DNA of 64,000 nucleotides from an uncultured Planctomycetota bacterium (GCA_963823665.1 CAWGMQ010000004.1:224001-288000); one strand, 5' to 3'. Shown: positions 48,523-58,433, counted from the stretch's first letter. A program made the numbers and translations. Notes: generated from the letters alone by a model not told the origin.

Positions 48523-49341
48523 TCACGGTTTCTTTTCAGCACCCCGCTTGGCGGCGGCCTCGTCCAGGGCCTTGCCGGTCATGGGCACGAACAACGTCGG
48601 CTTGAGCTCCTTCTTGGTCAGCTTGCCGTCCTTTTTCGTCACCAGCCACACACTCTGCGTATACCGGTCACCCAGGGGAATCACCATTCGCCCCCCTTCC
48701 TTGAGCTGGTCTAAGAGCGGCTGCGGAATCGCCTGCGGCGCACAAGTGACGATGATCGAATCGAACGGCGCCGCCTCGGGCCATCCTTCGTATCCGTCGC
48801 CAACTCGAGTGTGAATATTCTTGTATCCCAGCTCTTTATGGACCTTGGTGGCCCCCTCCGAAAGCGGCTTGTGAATCTCGACCGAGTAGACCTCCTTCAC
48901 CAGTCGCGACAGGATCGCCGATTGATAACCCGAGCCCGTGCCCACCTCGTAGACAACGTCTGTGGGCTTGGGATCGAGCACCTCGGTCATGAAGGCAACG
49001 TCGTAGGGCGGCGTGATGGTCTGGCCCTCGCCGATCGGAATCGACTCGTCGTCATATGCCTGGCGCTGCGTCCCCTTGGGCAGGAACTTATGCCGCGGCA
49101 CTGTCCGGAACGCATCGAGCACGCGTTTGTTCTTGATCCCGCGCTCGGCAAGGTGCCGCTCGACCATGCGGTGGCGCAACCGCACGTCCGGATCGGCGGG
49201 GTCGGAGGTCACCTTCTTGTCGCCAGCTTCGTTCTTGTCGGCAGCTTTGGATTCTTGATCCTGACCACGCGCCGCAGACACGGCGGCGCCCAAAAAGAAC
49301 ACTCCCGCCAGCATGCCCGCCCAGAGCACGTGTCGCACCAT
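48523..49341 (-). CDS. pcm: Protein-L-isoaspartate O-methyltransferase with N-terminal signal peptide
   Basis: VPRHKF, AYDD..IPIGEGQTI, YEVGTGSGYQSA, GDGYEGWPEAAPFD, LLDQLKEGGRMVIP, FVPM. Confidence 0.93.
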   Translation of the reverse strand: MVRHVLWAGMLAGVFFLGAAVSAARGQDQESKAADKNEAGDKKVTSDPADPDVRLRHRMVERHLAERGIKNKRVLDAFRTVPRHKFLPKGTQRQAYDDESIPIGEGQTITPPYDVAFMTEVLDPKPTDVVYEVGTGSGYQSAILSRLVKEVYSVEIHKPLSEGATKVHKELGYKNIHTRVGDGYEGWPEAAPFDSIIVTCAPQAIPQPLLDQLKEGGRMVIPLGDRYTQSVWLVTKKDGKLTKKELKPTLFVPMTGKALDEAAAKRGAEKKP

Positions 49342-49507
49342 AAGTCGAGCCTCCCCACACATGAAACCGATCGGCCCCGATCAAGCAATCGCCATTCGCT
49401 AATCATAGCTCAACACGCGATTGATCGTACAGGGCGAGGTGGGATGCGCACTGGCACTTCCAGCTTGCTTCGATCGCCATAGCGCGATACAATTTGAATA
49501 GACTACA

Positions 49508-49519
49508 TGGTATATACCA
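49508..49519. promoter_or_regulatory. Palindromic vapBC operator candidate
   Basis: Perfect palindrome TGGTATATACCA about 20 nt upstream of the antitoxin start; VapB-type antitoxins usually autorepress at such inverted repeats. Confidence 0.6.
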
Positions 49520-49538
49520 GCCTTCGCGGAGCCTTCTC

Positions 49539-49766
49539 GTGCACAAAGCCAAAGTCTTCAAGAACGGCCGCAGCCAGGCCATCCGGCTGCCCAAGGAGTT
49601 CCGAGTGGATGCGACCGAAGTGTATCTCAAGAAAACACCGGAAGGCTTCCTCGTCATTCCTCGCGATCCCTGGGAGATCTTCTTTGAAGGCGTCGAAAAG
49701 CTGTCCGACGATTTCATGGCCGGCGGTCGAGAACAGCCCCGGCAGAAACGATCCTGGAAGCGATGA
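49539..49766 (+). CDS. vapB: VapB antitoxin (AbrB/SpoVT DNA-binding)
   Basis: AKVFKNGRSQAIRLPKEFR motif; GTG start; stop overlaps the toxin start (ATGA). Confidence 0.92.
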   Translation: MHKAKVFKNGRSQAIRLPKEFRVDATEVYLKKTPEGFLVIPRDPWEIFFEGVEKLSDDFMAGGREQPRQKRSWKR

Positions 49767-50203
49767 TCTACTTGCTCGACACAGACATGCTGATCTACAT
49801 GGCACGCGGCGTGAAGTCGACCAAACCGCACAAAAATCAGGAGCGCGCCCGCAAACTGATCGAGCGTTGCAAACAAACTCAGGCCGCCGGTGATTGGGTG
49901 GGCTTGTCGGCGATCACGGTTTCTGAGCTCGAATTCGCTGCGCAAGAAAGCGGTAAATACGAGTCAGAAATCGACGCGGTTTGGAAGGTGCTCGCTCCGT
50001 TCGAGATCTACGACTACGACGGCGTCGCTTGCCCCGGCCATTATGGCCAGGTGCGCAACGATTTCGAGTCTCGAGGAGTCACGATCGGCTCTATGGATTT
50101 GCTCATCGCCGCCCATGCCTTGGCGCTTGGCGCTACGCTCGTCTCGAACAACATCGAGCACTTCTCTCGCGTGACGGGCCTGACAACTGTCAACTGGGCC
50201 TGA
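49763..50203 (+). CDS. vapC: VapC PIN-domain toxin
   Basis: YLLDTD, SAITVSEL, IGSMDLLIAAHA, LVSNN.EHF.RV.GL...NW. Confidence 0.93.
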   Translation: MIYLLDTDMLIYMARGVKSTKPHKNQERARKLIERCKQTQAAGDWVGLSAITVSELEFAAQESGKYESEIDAVWKVLAPFEIYDYDGVACPGHYGQVRNDFESRGVTIGSMDLLIAAHALALGATLVSNNIEHFSRVTGLTTVNWA

Positions 50204-50256
50204 CAGGTGAACGTACGGAACGGTGCATCGGAGACCCATCAATGCCGAAACACCGC

Positions 50257-50285
50257 TTGGTCGATTTCGTATCCTGGGCTATAAT
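50257..50285 (+). promoter_or_regulatory. Candidate sigma70 promoter
   Basis: TTGGTC-17 nt-TATAAT upstream of ATG 50354. Confidence 0.35.
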
Positions 50286-50353
50286 CGATCGTTGAGGCGC
50301 ATTCAACCGCATCTGGAAGCTGACCCGTCTGAACGCCCTGGAGAAAACGGCCC

Positions 50354-50818
50354 ATGCGGGCTTCCGCATTCTGCCTGTGGATTGGATCGGTCTTCTTGGT
50401 GGCCGCGCCGCCACAAACCGCTGCGCCTGAGACAGTGACTCTGCTCGGGAAAGTGCTCACCTTGACCGAAGCCCTCAAGGAACGTGGCCTGGGCCTCGAC
50501 GCCGACCCCGAGCCTGCCGCCAAGCAGGCGGTGCTCCTGGGTAAAGATGGAACCATCACGCCGTTGTTGTCCGACGAGACCAGTCGCGCCCTTTTCGTGG
50601 ATGCACGATTGAGAAACCGCAATGCCCGGATCGTGGGGCGGCGATTCGCGGGTTTGCCGTATCTCCAGGTCGTGACGATTGAAGTCGAGAGCGAGGGCAA
50701 GCTGCGCACACCCGAATACTTCTGCGACGTTTGCACAATCAGCGTCCGTTACCCCCAGATTTGCCCGTGCTGCCAAGGCCCGATGGAGCTTCGCATGGCG
50801 CCCGATCCGGGCAACTGA
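50354..50818 (+). CDS. Exported hypothetical protein with C-terminal Cys cluster
   Basis: Signal peptide; YFCDVC...ICPCCQGPMELR. Confidence 0.75.
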   Translation: MRASAFCLWIGSVFLVAAPPQTAAPETVTLLGKVLTLTEALKERGLGLDADPEPAAKQAVLLGKDGTITPLLSDETSRALFVDARLRNRNARIVGRRFAGLPYLQVVTIEVESEGKLRTPEYFCDVCTISVRYPQICPCCQGPMELRMAPDPGN

Positions 50819-50939
50819 TCCCCCGACCGGTGATCGTACCCGTTCGATCGCTCCGTAACGCCTGACTCGGCGATTTTGAGTTCCGTGTGCGTCTGTTGTT
50901 CTTGATGAGCGTTGCAAGCCCGGCCCGAGGACTCCCGGC

Positions 50940-52169
50940 ATGTCTTCCGCGGAAATCGCCAACCTGCTGCTCGGTCTGGTCGCCGCCGTGGCGGTGGTTT
51001 CGACCATCGGGGGAATTGCGTGCGTGATGTGGGTCACCCGCGCGCGAAAAAACCTTCCCGAACATACACCCCCGGTGACCATTCTCAAGCCGATCAAGGG
51101 GCTCGATGAAGGTATCGAGCGAAACCTCCGAAGTTTCTTCCAGCTCGATTATCCGTGCTACCAGCTTCTGTTCTGCGTCGCCGATCATGATGACCCAGCC
51201 ATCGGCGTGATCCGCAAGCTCATGGCCGAATTTCCGCTTCAAGATTCGCACCTGGTGATCGGCTGTGCGGCGTTCGGGCTCAACCCCAAGGTCGAAAGCT
51301 TGGCGGCCATGGAGCCGCATCGCAAGCACGACGTGATCTTGATCAGCGACTCGAATGTCCTCGCCCGGCCCTCGTACCTTCGCGAGACCGCCTGCTATCT
51401 CGCCGATCCCGGCGTTGGCTTGGTGTCCAACATCTTCGCCGGCGCGGGCGAAGTGCACCCGGGCGCCGTCATGGAAAACCTTCAGCTCAACGGCTTCATC
51501 GCGGCCGGAGTAGCCGCCGCCGCAGTCTTTCGCGCCACATGCGTCGTGGGCAAATCGATGCTCTTGCGCGCGGATGTGCTCCGGGCAATCGGAGGTTTCG
51601 CGGCCGTTCGCAACGTGCTGGCCGAGGATCAAGTCATCGCAATCCGGGTGCGTCAGGCCGGCTACTCGATCCGCCTGAGCCACCACGTCATCGAAAACGT
51701 CAACTCGCATCGCGGTCTGAAGTGGTTCTTGAACCGTCATAGTCGCTGGTACAAGATGCGGCGCCGGCTCGCCTTTCCGGCATTCATCGCCGAGCCGATC
51801 GCCAACCTGGCGACCGTGGGGCTCGTCTGGGCGTTCTCGGGCGATTCCGGAATTGCCTGGGGCGGACTGACAGTCCTGGTCGGCCTGGGAATCGTGCGTG
51901 ACGCCGTGCAAACTCGCTGGCTCCGCGGCTCGTACCCCAAGCTCAGACACTTGGTTTATAGCCCGATCAAGGACATCCTGCTCTTCCCCGTCTGGCTCGA
52001 CGCAATTCTGAATCAACGAGTTCAGTGGCGCGGGCACCGGTTCTCCGTCGGGCGGATGACGCGTCTCCGCCGCGTCTCTATCCCACGCCGAACCCGCCGC
52101 AGTCTCTCGCGCGTTCGAAAACTCCGCTCGCGGAATCCTTCCGAGCGGCGCGATCGCCCTCCGGAATGA
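50940..52169 (+). CDS. Ceramide glucosyltransferase / HpnI-like GT2 (GT21) glycosyltransferase
   Basis: PVTILKPIKG, GLNPKV, ISDSNV, GKSMLLR, LAEDQ, RHSRW, VQWRG; N- and C-terminal TM segments. Confidence 0.85.
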   Translation: MSSAEIANLLLGLVAAVAVVSTIGGIACVMWVTRARKNLPEHTPPVTILKPIKGLDEGIERNLRSFFQLDYPCYQLLFCVADHDDPAIGVIRKLMAEFPLQDSHLVIGCAAFGLNPKVESLAAMEPHRKHDVILISDSNVLARPSYLRETACYLADPGVGLVSNIFAGAGEVHPGAVMENLQLNGFIAAGVAAAAVFRATCVVGKSMLLRADVLRAIGGFAAVRNVLAEDQVIAIRVRQAGYSIRLSHHVIENVNSHRGLKWFLNRHSRWYKMRRRLAFPAFIAEPIANLATVGLVWAFSGDSGIAWGGLTVLVGLGIVRDAVQTRWLRGSYPKLRHLVYSPIKDILLFPVWLDAILNQRVQWRGHRFSVGRMTRLRRVSIPRRTRRSLSRVRKLRSRNPSERRDRPPE

Positions 52170-52292
52170 GCATCCGCCGCAAATTCTGTCCACGAGAGCT
52201 CACGAGATCTTGATTCTCACGGCGAGTCGGCGAATGATATGCGCTGTGATCGCCGCTGTCACTCAGGCCCCTTGACCCACGGAGCCCGCTTG

Positions 52293-53936
52293 ATGGAAGT
52301 AAAATCGAGCGCATCGGCATCCGATGCATGTGAGTTAGACCCTTCCCCGGCCCGGCCCCACGCCTCGCCACGACGCAGGTACGGCTGTTCCGCCTCACCT
52401 CTCCTTCCCGCCGCGCTGGCGGGCCTTCTGCTCTCCTTCAACACGGCTTCGAGCTCGTTCGCCCAGACCACAACAGCGCCGCTTGGCCTCGAGCGAGTGC
52501 AGAAGTCTGGAGAGCTGCGCTATGGCAGCGACATGGAAGGCGGCGGTCCCTACGCATATCCCGACCCCTCCCCGCGCGGCGTGACCGGCTTTGAAGTCGA
52601 GCTGATGGCCTTGCTCGCGAAAGAGCTGAGCGTCACACCGGTCTACTCGCAAGGCCAGTGGGACAAGTTGCTGCAGTTGCTCTCGTCTCGCCGCATCGAC
52701 ATCGTCTCAAACGGCTACGAGTGGTCCGAGCCACACGGTCGCGACTACCTGGCGACTCGCCCCTATTATGTCTATCAGTTGCAGTTGATCGGCCGCCGCG
52801 ACGGGGCGCTCCACTCCTGGGCCGATCTGAAGAATGCCAGGCCAAAAGGCCGGCGCTGGAAGGTCGGCGTGCTCACCAGCTCGGCCGCCGACCAGTTCGC
52901 AACGCAGCAGGGCGGCCCGCACGTCGATGTCTTCCGATTCGACGGCGTGACCGACGCGATGCTGGCCGTTCAGAACGGCCAGTTCGACGCGACGCTGCAA
53001 GACCTGCCCGCGGCAATCTTCTATCGCCGTCAATATCCCGGCCTCGCAACTGTCGGCGAGCCGTTGTCGCGCGGCTATTACGTGATCTACGTTCGCAAGG
53101 AAGACCGTTCCCTTCGCGATGCGCTCGACCTCGGCCTGGAGCGCCTCATCAAATCCGGCGAGCTGCACCGCCTCTACGAAAAGTACGGGATCTGGAACGA
53201 GGCCCAGAACGAGCTCTCCACATTCACCGGCCCGCTCGAGCTCGTGACCCAGGAAGCCGGCGTCTCTGGTTGGGCGCTCGTCTATCAATACCGGGATCGG
53301 CTCCTCGATGCGGCGATCATTACGATTGTCCTCTCGGTGGCGTCAATGCCCCTGGCGATGGCGCTCGGGCTCTTGATCGCGGTGGCGAGGCTTTATGGAC
53401 GCGCGCCCTTGCAAGCGCTCCTGGCGGCCTATGTCGAGCTGATTCGCGGCACCCCGCTCATGCTGCAACTCTACGTGCTCTTTTACGTGCTGCCCATGAT
53501 CGGTTTGACTCTCGACCCCCTGGTCGCGGGAATCGCCGGCCTGGCGATCAATTACTCAGCCTACGAAGCCGAGATCTACCGCGCCGGGCTGCAAGCGATT
53601 CCCGCCGGCCAGATGGAGGCTGCGCAAGCCCTGGGAATGTCGCGCTCGCTCGCCCTGCGCCGCATCATCATTCCTCAGGCCACCCGCATCGTGATTCCAC
53701 CGGTCACCAACGACTTCATCGCGCTTTTCAAAGACACATCGGTCTGCTCCGTGATCACGCTCACCGAGCTGACCAAGCAGTATTCGATGCTGGCCCAGAG
53801 CACCGGCGGCGTGCTTGAGTTTGCGCTGACAGTTGCAGTGCTCTACCTGATCATGAGCCTGCCGCTTTCGTGGTTTTCGCGCTGGGCAGAACGGCGCTTG
53901 GCGGGTGGGAGCACGAAACGGGGTGCCCTGGGATGA
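52293..53936 (+). CDS. Polar amino-acid ABC transporter, fused substrate-binding + permease protein (start uncertain)
   Basis: SBP_bac_3-like N-terminus (GFEVEL...WDKLL); permease YVELIRGTPLMLQL, AYEAEIYRAG..AIPAGQMEAA.ALGMS, FIALFKDTS. Confidence 0.92.
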   Translation: MEVKSSASASDACELDPSPARPHASPRRRYGCSASPLLPAALAGLLLSFNTASSSFAQTTTAPLGLERVQKSGELRYGSDMEGGGPYAYPDPSPRGVTGFEVELMALLAKELSVTPVYSQGQWDKLLQLLSSRRIDIVSNGYEWSEPHGRDYLATRPYYVYQLQLIGRRDGALHSWADLKNARPKGRRWKVGVLTSSAADQFATQQGGPHVDVFRFDGVTDAMLAVQNGQFDATLQDLPAAIFYRRQYPGLATVGEPLSRGYYVIYVRKEDRSLRDALDLGLERLIKSGELHRLYEKYGIWNEAQNELSTFTGPLELVTQEAGVSGWALVYQYRDRLLDAAIITIVLSVASMPLAMALGLLIAVARLYGRAPLQALLAAYVELIRGTPLMLQLYVLFYVLPMIGLTLDPLVAGIAGLAINYSAYEAEIYRAGLQAIPAGQMEAAQALGMSRSLALRRIIIPQATRIVIPPVTNDFIALFKDTSVCSVITLTELTKQYSMLAQSTGGVLEFALTVAVLYLIMSLPLSWFSRWAERRLAGGSTKRGALG

Positions 53937-54679
53937 TCGACGTCATCGAGCTGGTCAAGTCGCACGGCGCGACCCGGATCCTGTGCGGGGCAAGCCTCAC
54001 CGTCGCGCGCGGTGAGGTTGCTGCGATCATCGGCGCTTCCGGCAGCGGCAAGAGCACGTTTCTCCGCTGCTTGAACGGCCTCGAGACATTCGAAGCGGGC
54101 TCGGTCACGATCGACGGCCTGCGCCTCGAGCCCGCGTGCCGGTCGCGCGATTGGCCGAAAGTCCACCGCCAGGTTTGCTTGAAGGTCGGAATGGTCTTTC
54201 AGAGCTTCAACCTCTTTCCGCATCGAACGGCAATCCAGAACGTGATGGAAGCGCCGATCCATGTACTCGGCTTGCCCCGCGCCGAGGCCTATGAACGCGC
54301 GCGCAGCCTGCTCGACCGGGTCGGCCTGTCTGACCGTTTGAACGCCTGGCCGCGCCAGCTTTCCGGCGGCCAGCAACAGCGTGTGGCCATCGCCCGTGCC
54401 CTGGCCATGCAGCCCCAGGCGATCCTCTTCGACGAGCCGACGAGCGCACTCGACCCGCGCATGACCGCCGAGGTACTCGCGGTGATCACCGACCTGGCCG
54501 GTGACGGCCTGACGATGATCGTGGTGACGCACGCCATGCATTTCGCGCGAAAAGTCGCCCAAAGAGTCCACGTCTTCGACCAGGGCCGCGTGATCGAATC
54601 AGGCCCGCCCGCCCAGGTCTTTGACAACCCGCGCCACGAATCCACGCGCAACCTGCTGTCGGCCCTGGAAGCCGCATGA
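53933..54679 (+). CDS. Polar amino-acid ABC transporter ATP-binding protein (GlnQ-like)
   Basis: [47 protein letters not shown]; overlaps the permease stop. Confidence 0.95.
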   Translation: MIDVIELVKSHGATRILCGASLTVARGEVAAIIGASGSGKSTFLRCLNGLETFEAGSVTIDGLRLEPACRSRDWPKVHRQVCLKVGMVFQSFNLFPHRTAIQNVMEAPIHVLGLPRAEAYERARSLLDRVGLSDRLNAWPRQLSGGQQQRVAIARALAMQPQAILFDEPTSALDPRMTAEVLAVITDLAGDGLTMIVVTHAMHFARKVAQRVHVFDQGRVIESGPPAQVFDNPRHESTRNLLSALEAA

Positions 54680-54685
54680 TTCCAA

Positions 54686-54743
54686 GTAGGTCAGGCTTTA
54701 GCCTGACATTCCAAGTAGGTGAGCCTGAAAGCCTGACCTACTT
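54686..54743. repeat. Cluster of GTAG-type REP palindromes between convergent genes
   Basis: GTAG-GTCAGGCT-TT-AGCCTGAC, then AAGTAGGT...ACCTACTT; the TAG stop of the minus-strand gene lies inside the REP. Confidence 0.8.
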
Positions 54744-55433
54744 CGGACCGGTATCCCCCGGCGCGTCGACACGCTTCGAATGGAAGGGCGAGCCCGCCTG
54801 CGGCTTTTCGGTATGCGGCGACGATTTCGACGGCCCATCGTCGCGCAGCGCCGGCGCTTCATTTTCAGTCACTTGCGTCTCCACCCTGGTGAACTTGCGT
54901 TGATTTTCCACCGTTGCCCCGCTTTGCTTGAGCGCCTCGAGCAAACGATCCCACCGCTTGATCCCGGCTTCCACTTTCGCAAGCCGCGCCTTGAGTTTCT
55001 CCGCCTCTTCCTTCAGCGCCTTGAGCTGCGCATCAGCGAACTTGTGGTTGTGCTCGAGAAAGTCGCTGGCGACTTTCTCTGGATCCTCCGCTTCGAGCGG
55101 CGAGTGGTCGGGGCCAACGACCACAGGTGCCGGGGCAGGGGGGTCCACCAGCTTGAGAGCAGGTTCGCTTGCTGGCCCATCTGTCTCTCGCGGCAACTGC
55201 AAGGCGTCGGCGGAAACAGGAGCGGGCAAAGGCACGCCCGGCTCGCCCTTTGGTACTTCCGGTTTCGCCTCCGGAACAGCCGCCTTGGGCTCTTCCGCCT
55301 TCCTGGCTGGCGGCGGCGAATCCTGACTGCCGCTCTGAGCAATCGAAATACGACCCGCCCAGCCAACCAGACACAGGCCACTCACAACACAGCAAAGAGC
55401 CAGTTTCGGCCCGAACTTCCAGGCGGTCGACAT
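54738..55433 (-). CDS. Exported Pro-rich hypothetical protein with coiled coil
   Basis: Signal-like N-terminus after GGAGG; EDPEKVA...LKALKEEAEKLKARLAKVEAGIKRW coiled coil. Confidence 0.7.
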   Translation of the reverse strand: MSTAWKFGPKLALCCVVSGLCLVGWAGRISIAQSGSQDSPPPARKAEEPKAAVPEAKPEVPKGEPGVPLPAPVSADALQLPRETDGPASEPALKLVDPPAPAPVVVGPDHSPLEAEDPEKVASDFLEHNHKFADAQLKALKEEAEKLKARLAKVEAGIKRWDRLLEALKQSGATVENQRKFTRVETQVTENEAPALRDDGPSKSSPHTEKPQAGSPFHSKRVDAPGDTGPK

Positions 55434-55529
55434 GATGCGCCTCCGTTGCACAAGAATACTGGGTCAAGCTCCGCTTGTGCTGGAGTGTAACGTATCCTCG
55501 GTTTTCGGCCAATCCATTTAGCGGCGGCG

Positions 55530-55688
55530 TGTCTCACGACAATAGAAATGTCCGATCTTGACGCGATAGAAATGTCCGGTTCGAATAGACCCTTCACGGC
55601 AAAGCGCCAAGGAGGTTCCTATGGCGAGCCGGATCTCGATGAGCCAACGAGAGCGAGACGTGTTGAAGGTCATGAGTGCCGTTCTGCC
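55530..55688 (+). mobile_element. Truncated left end of an IS1202/ISNCY-like element
   Basis: 5'-TGT end; ATAGAAATGTCC repeated at 55542 and 55566; AAGGAGG RBS; ATG 55621 MASRISMSQRERDVLKVMSAVL, resembling a transposase N-terminus, cut off at the kinase gene end. Confidence 0.65.
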
Positions 55689-58433
55689 CTACTTCTTGAA
55701 CTCGCCCTTGTCGTAGCGAGCCCAGAATTCCGCCGCCGGCCAAACAGAGTTCCAGTCGATGCCGATCGTTTTGAGGCTCTTCATTTTGCGGAGCACATCG
55801 AAGCCCCTCGCGGTGATCTTCCCGGGGGTCAGGCGAATGTCTTCGAGCGTCAGGCCCTGTATCGGCGTCAGGTCGGACACCTTGCTCCTTACCAGATTCA
55901 GAGAATTGAGAGTCTTGAATTCCGCCACCTGGGCCAAACCCGCGTCGCTCACGGATGTGTCACTGAGGACGAGAACGGCCAGGTCCTTGCAGTTTCTGAT
56001 CTGCGCAAGACTCGCGTCGCCCACCTTCGTGCCATGACAGTTGAGATGAGTGAGCGGCATCCCATTGAGCGGCGAGAGGTCGGACACGTTCGTGAAGCTG
56101 GCGTTCAGATACGTTAGCTTCATGCCCGCCAGCGGCGACAAATCGGAGACCCGCGTCGCAACGATGTTGAGCGTAGCCAGTGGCATGCCCTTCAAGGGCG
56201 AGAGGTCGGCCACCCTCGTGTTCTCGAGGCCCAATGATTCGACCCTCATGCCCTTGAGAGCCGCCACGTCCTCGACCTTCGTCCCGCCGATGTCCAGGGT
56301 TTCTAGCGGCATTCCCTCGAGCGAGGAGATGTCGGCAACCTTCGTGGCGGCAATGTGGAGAAAACTCAGCCTCATCCCCTCGAGCGGCGACAGATCGAAG
56401 ACCAGCGTGTCATAGGTCGACAAGCTCGTGAGAGGCATCCCTCGCAGCGGTGTGAGGTCGGACAGTTGTCCTTTGACAACGATGAGCGTGTTCAAAGGCA
56501 GCCCGGACAGGGGCGACAAGTCCGTGAGCGAGCTCTTGTGAACTCCCGTTCCGGAAAGCTTGAGAGACCTCAACCTTGAAAGCACGCGCAATGGCGTGAT
56601 GTCGGTTATGGCATCCGTGTCGAGCTCCAGTTCCCTGACTACGCGGTTCTCGATGGTGGGCCGAAGAGCGCCATCGAACCCGGGATTGAGCTCTTTCAAG
56701 CGAACGCTCAAAGCCTTCACCTGCTCCCCGGCCGAGAGCGCGTTGACAGCGCGCTCCCAAGCCAGCGCGTCGGCTGACCGCGGCGCGGGCTTCGCTGCGG
56801 GCGTCGCCGGCTCCCGGCTCACTCGCACGACGCGCCGGCCGTTTTTCGTGACCGTCACCAGTTCCTGCTTCACCAGCTTGCCATTCCTGGTGGCCTCGAC
56901 CATGTAATTGCCGGGCGTCAGGCGGATTTCCCTGGCGCCTGCTCCCGTGATGACGATATCCGACCCCTCGATCTTGACGCTGACACCGGGGTCGTCGACT
57001 TCGACAACCAGTGTCCCCTCTGGAGAGAAGAGGCGAATCACGGTGCCGTGGAAATCGGTGACGCCGGTCGCTTCCGTGAGGCCCAGGGATCCGAAGAGCG
57101 TCACCAGTACGGCCGCCGCGACCGCCCAGCGACGCTTGAAAAACTTGAGCCATCGCGTCGCCGGCCGGGGTTTCGGGATTTCCTTGGGCGGAGGCGCCTT
57201 CGCCTCCCCCGACTTCGGGACATCCGGAACCGGCGGGATCGTGCCCAGCCCCCGGAGCTCAGCCAAACGTTCCGCGAACAGTTCCGCCAGGTCTTGCGCC
57301 GAGGTGATCCGGTCCGCCGGGTTCTTGGCGTGCAGGACCGAGATCAGCTCGCAGAGCCACTCGGGGACCTCCGGGATGATCTCCCGGATCGGGCGGGGTG
57401 TGTCTTCCACGACGCGTTTGAGCACGGCCATCGTGTTCGCGGCCCGGAACGGCGGGCGGCCGCTGCACATCGTGTAGAGCACGCTGCCCAAACTGAAGAG
57501 GTCGGCCCGCTGGTCGATCGGCTCCCCTTGCGCCTGCTCGGGAGCCATGTACATCGGCGTGCCCGCGACGTATCCCGACTGCGTGATGCTGGCGTCGTCG
57601 GCCGCGCGGGCCAGGCCGAAGTCGGTGATCTTCACGTGCTCGATGCCGTCTTCGAGCAGGATATTGCCCGGCTTGATGTCGCGGTGGATCAAGCCCATCG
57701 CGTGCGCCGCGGCCAGACCGGCGGCGATTTGCCCGCCGATCTTGAGCACGTCGGGTAGCTCCAGCGGACCGGTCGCCTCGAGCTTCTGCTGCAAGGTTCG
57801 TCCCGCGATGTAATCCATCACGAGATAGGGGATCGGCTGGTCTTCGACCGCATAGATGGCGATTATATTCTCGTGGCGGACGGCCGCCGCCGTCCGCGCT
57901 TCACGCAGAAACCGCTTGCGGGGCGCCGAGGTCGCGGCCAAAAGCGGGGACATGAGCTTGATGGCGACGAGCCGATGCAGCTTCTCGTCGAACGCCTTCA
58001 CCACCGTCCCGAAGCCGCCGTTTCCGAGAACCTCCAGCACCTGAAATTGCGCCAGCCGGCCCAGCGAGCCGGGCTTCTCCGAGGGCTGCAGGAAGCTCAG
58101 GGCGCTCTCCACGTCGTCGCCTCGCTCTTGGCCGAGCCTCTCGTTCAGCTCGGTCCTTGCCCCGCGATCGCGCGGGCCTCTTTCCTCCTGGCCGCTCGCG
58201 GGAGCGAGACTCGTCATGTCGGCAGTGGCAGCGTCCGTGTCGAACTGCCCGCAATCGACGGCGGGCTCGGCCAGGAAGTCCATCGCCTGCGGATGGGACT
58301 CCAGCAATCGTTCGACCTTGAAGCGAAGCACCGGGTCAGCTCCACAGGCTTGGTCCAGATAATCTGCCCGCTCCGCCGCCTTCTTCTCGAGCGCGGCGAA
58401 GAAGATCGACTCGACCTGCGAAGGGCTGCTCAT
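55689..58433 (-). CDS. Ser/Thr protein kinase, TM segment, extracytoplasmic leucine-rich repeats
   Basis: N-terminal ESIFFAALEK..ERADYLDQACG; GNGGFG, HRDIKPGN, DFGLARA, MAPEQ; repeated DLSPLxGMxLxxL units. Confidence 0.95.
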   Translation of the reverse strand: MSSPSQVESIFFAALEKKAAERADYLDQACGADPVLRFKVERLLESHPQAMDFLAEPAVDCGQFDTDAATADMTSLAPASGQEERGPRDRGARTELNERLGQERGDDVESALSFLQPSEKPGSLGRLAQFQVLEVLGNGGFGTVVKAFDEKLHRLVAIKLMSPLLAATSAPRKRFLREARTAAAVRHENIIAIYAVEDQPIPYLVMDYIAGRTLQQKLEATGPLELPDVLKIGGQIAAGLAAAHAMGLIHRDIKPGNILLEDGIEHVKITDFGLARAADDASITQSGYVAGTPMYMAPEQAQGEPIDQRADLFSLGSVLYTMCSGRPPFRAANTMAVLKRVVEDTPRPIREIIPEVPEWLCELISVLHAKNPADRITSAQDLAELFAERLAELRGLGTIPPVPDVPKSGEAKAPPPKEIPKPRPATRWLKFFKRRWAVAAAVLVTLFGSLGLTEATGVTDFHGTVIRLFSPEGTLVVEVDDPGVSVKIEGSDIVITGAGAREIRLTPGNYMVEATRNGKLVKQELVTVTKNGRRVVRVSREPATPAAKPAPRSADALAWERAVNALSAGEQVKALSVRLKELNPGFDGALRPTIENRVVRELELDTDAITDITPLRVLSRLRSLKLSGTGVHKSSLTDLSPLSGLPLNTLIVVKGQLSDLTPLRGMPLTSLSTYDTLVFDLSPLEGMRLSFLHIAATKVADISSLEGMPLETLDIGGTKVEDVAALKGMRVESLGLENTRVADLSPLKGMPLATLNIVATRVSDLSPLAGMKLTYLNASFTNVSDLSPLNGMPLTHLNCHGTKVGDASLAQIRNCKDLAVLVLSDTSVSDAGLAQVAEFKTLNSLNLVRSKVSDLTPIQGLTLEDIRLTPGKITARGFDVLRKMKSLKTIGIDWNSVWPAAEFWARYDKGEFKK

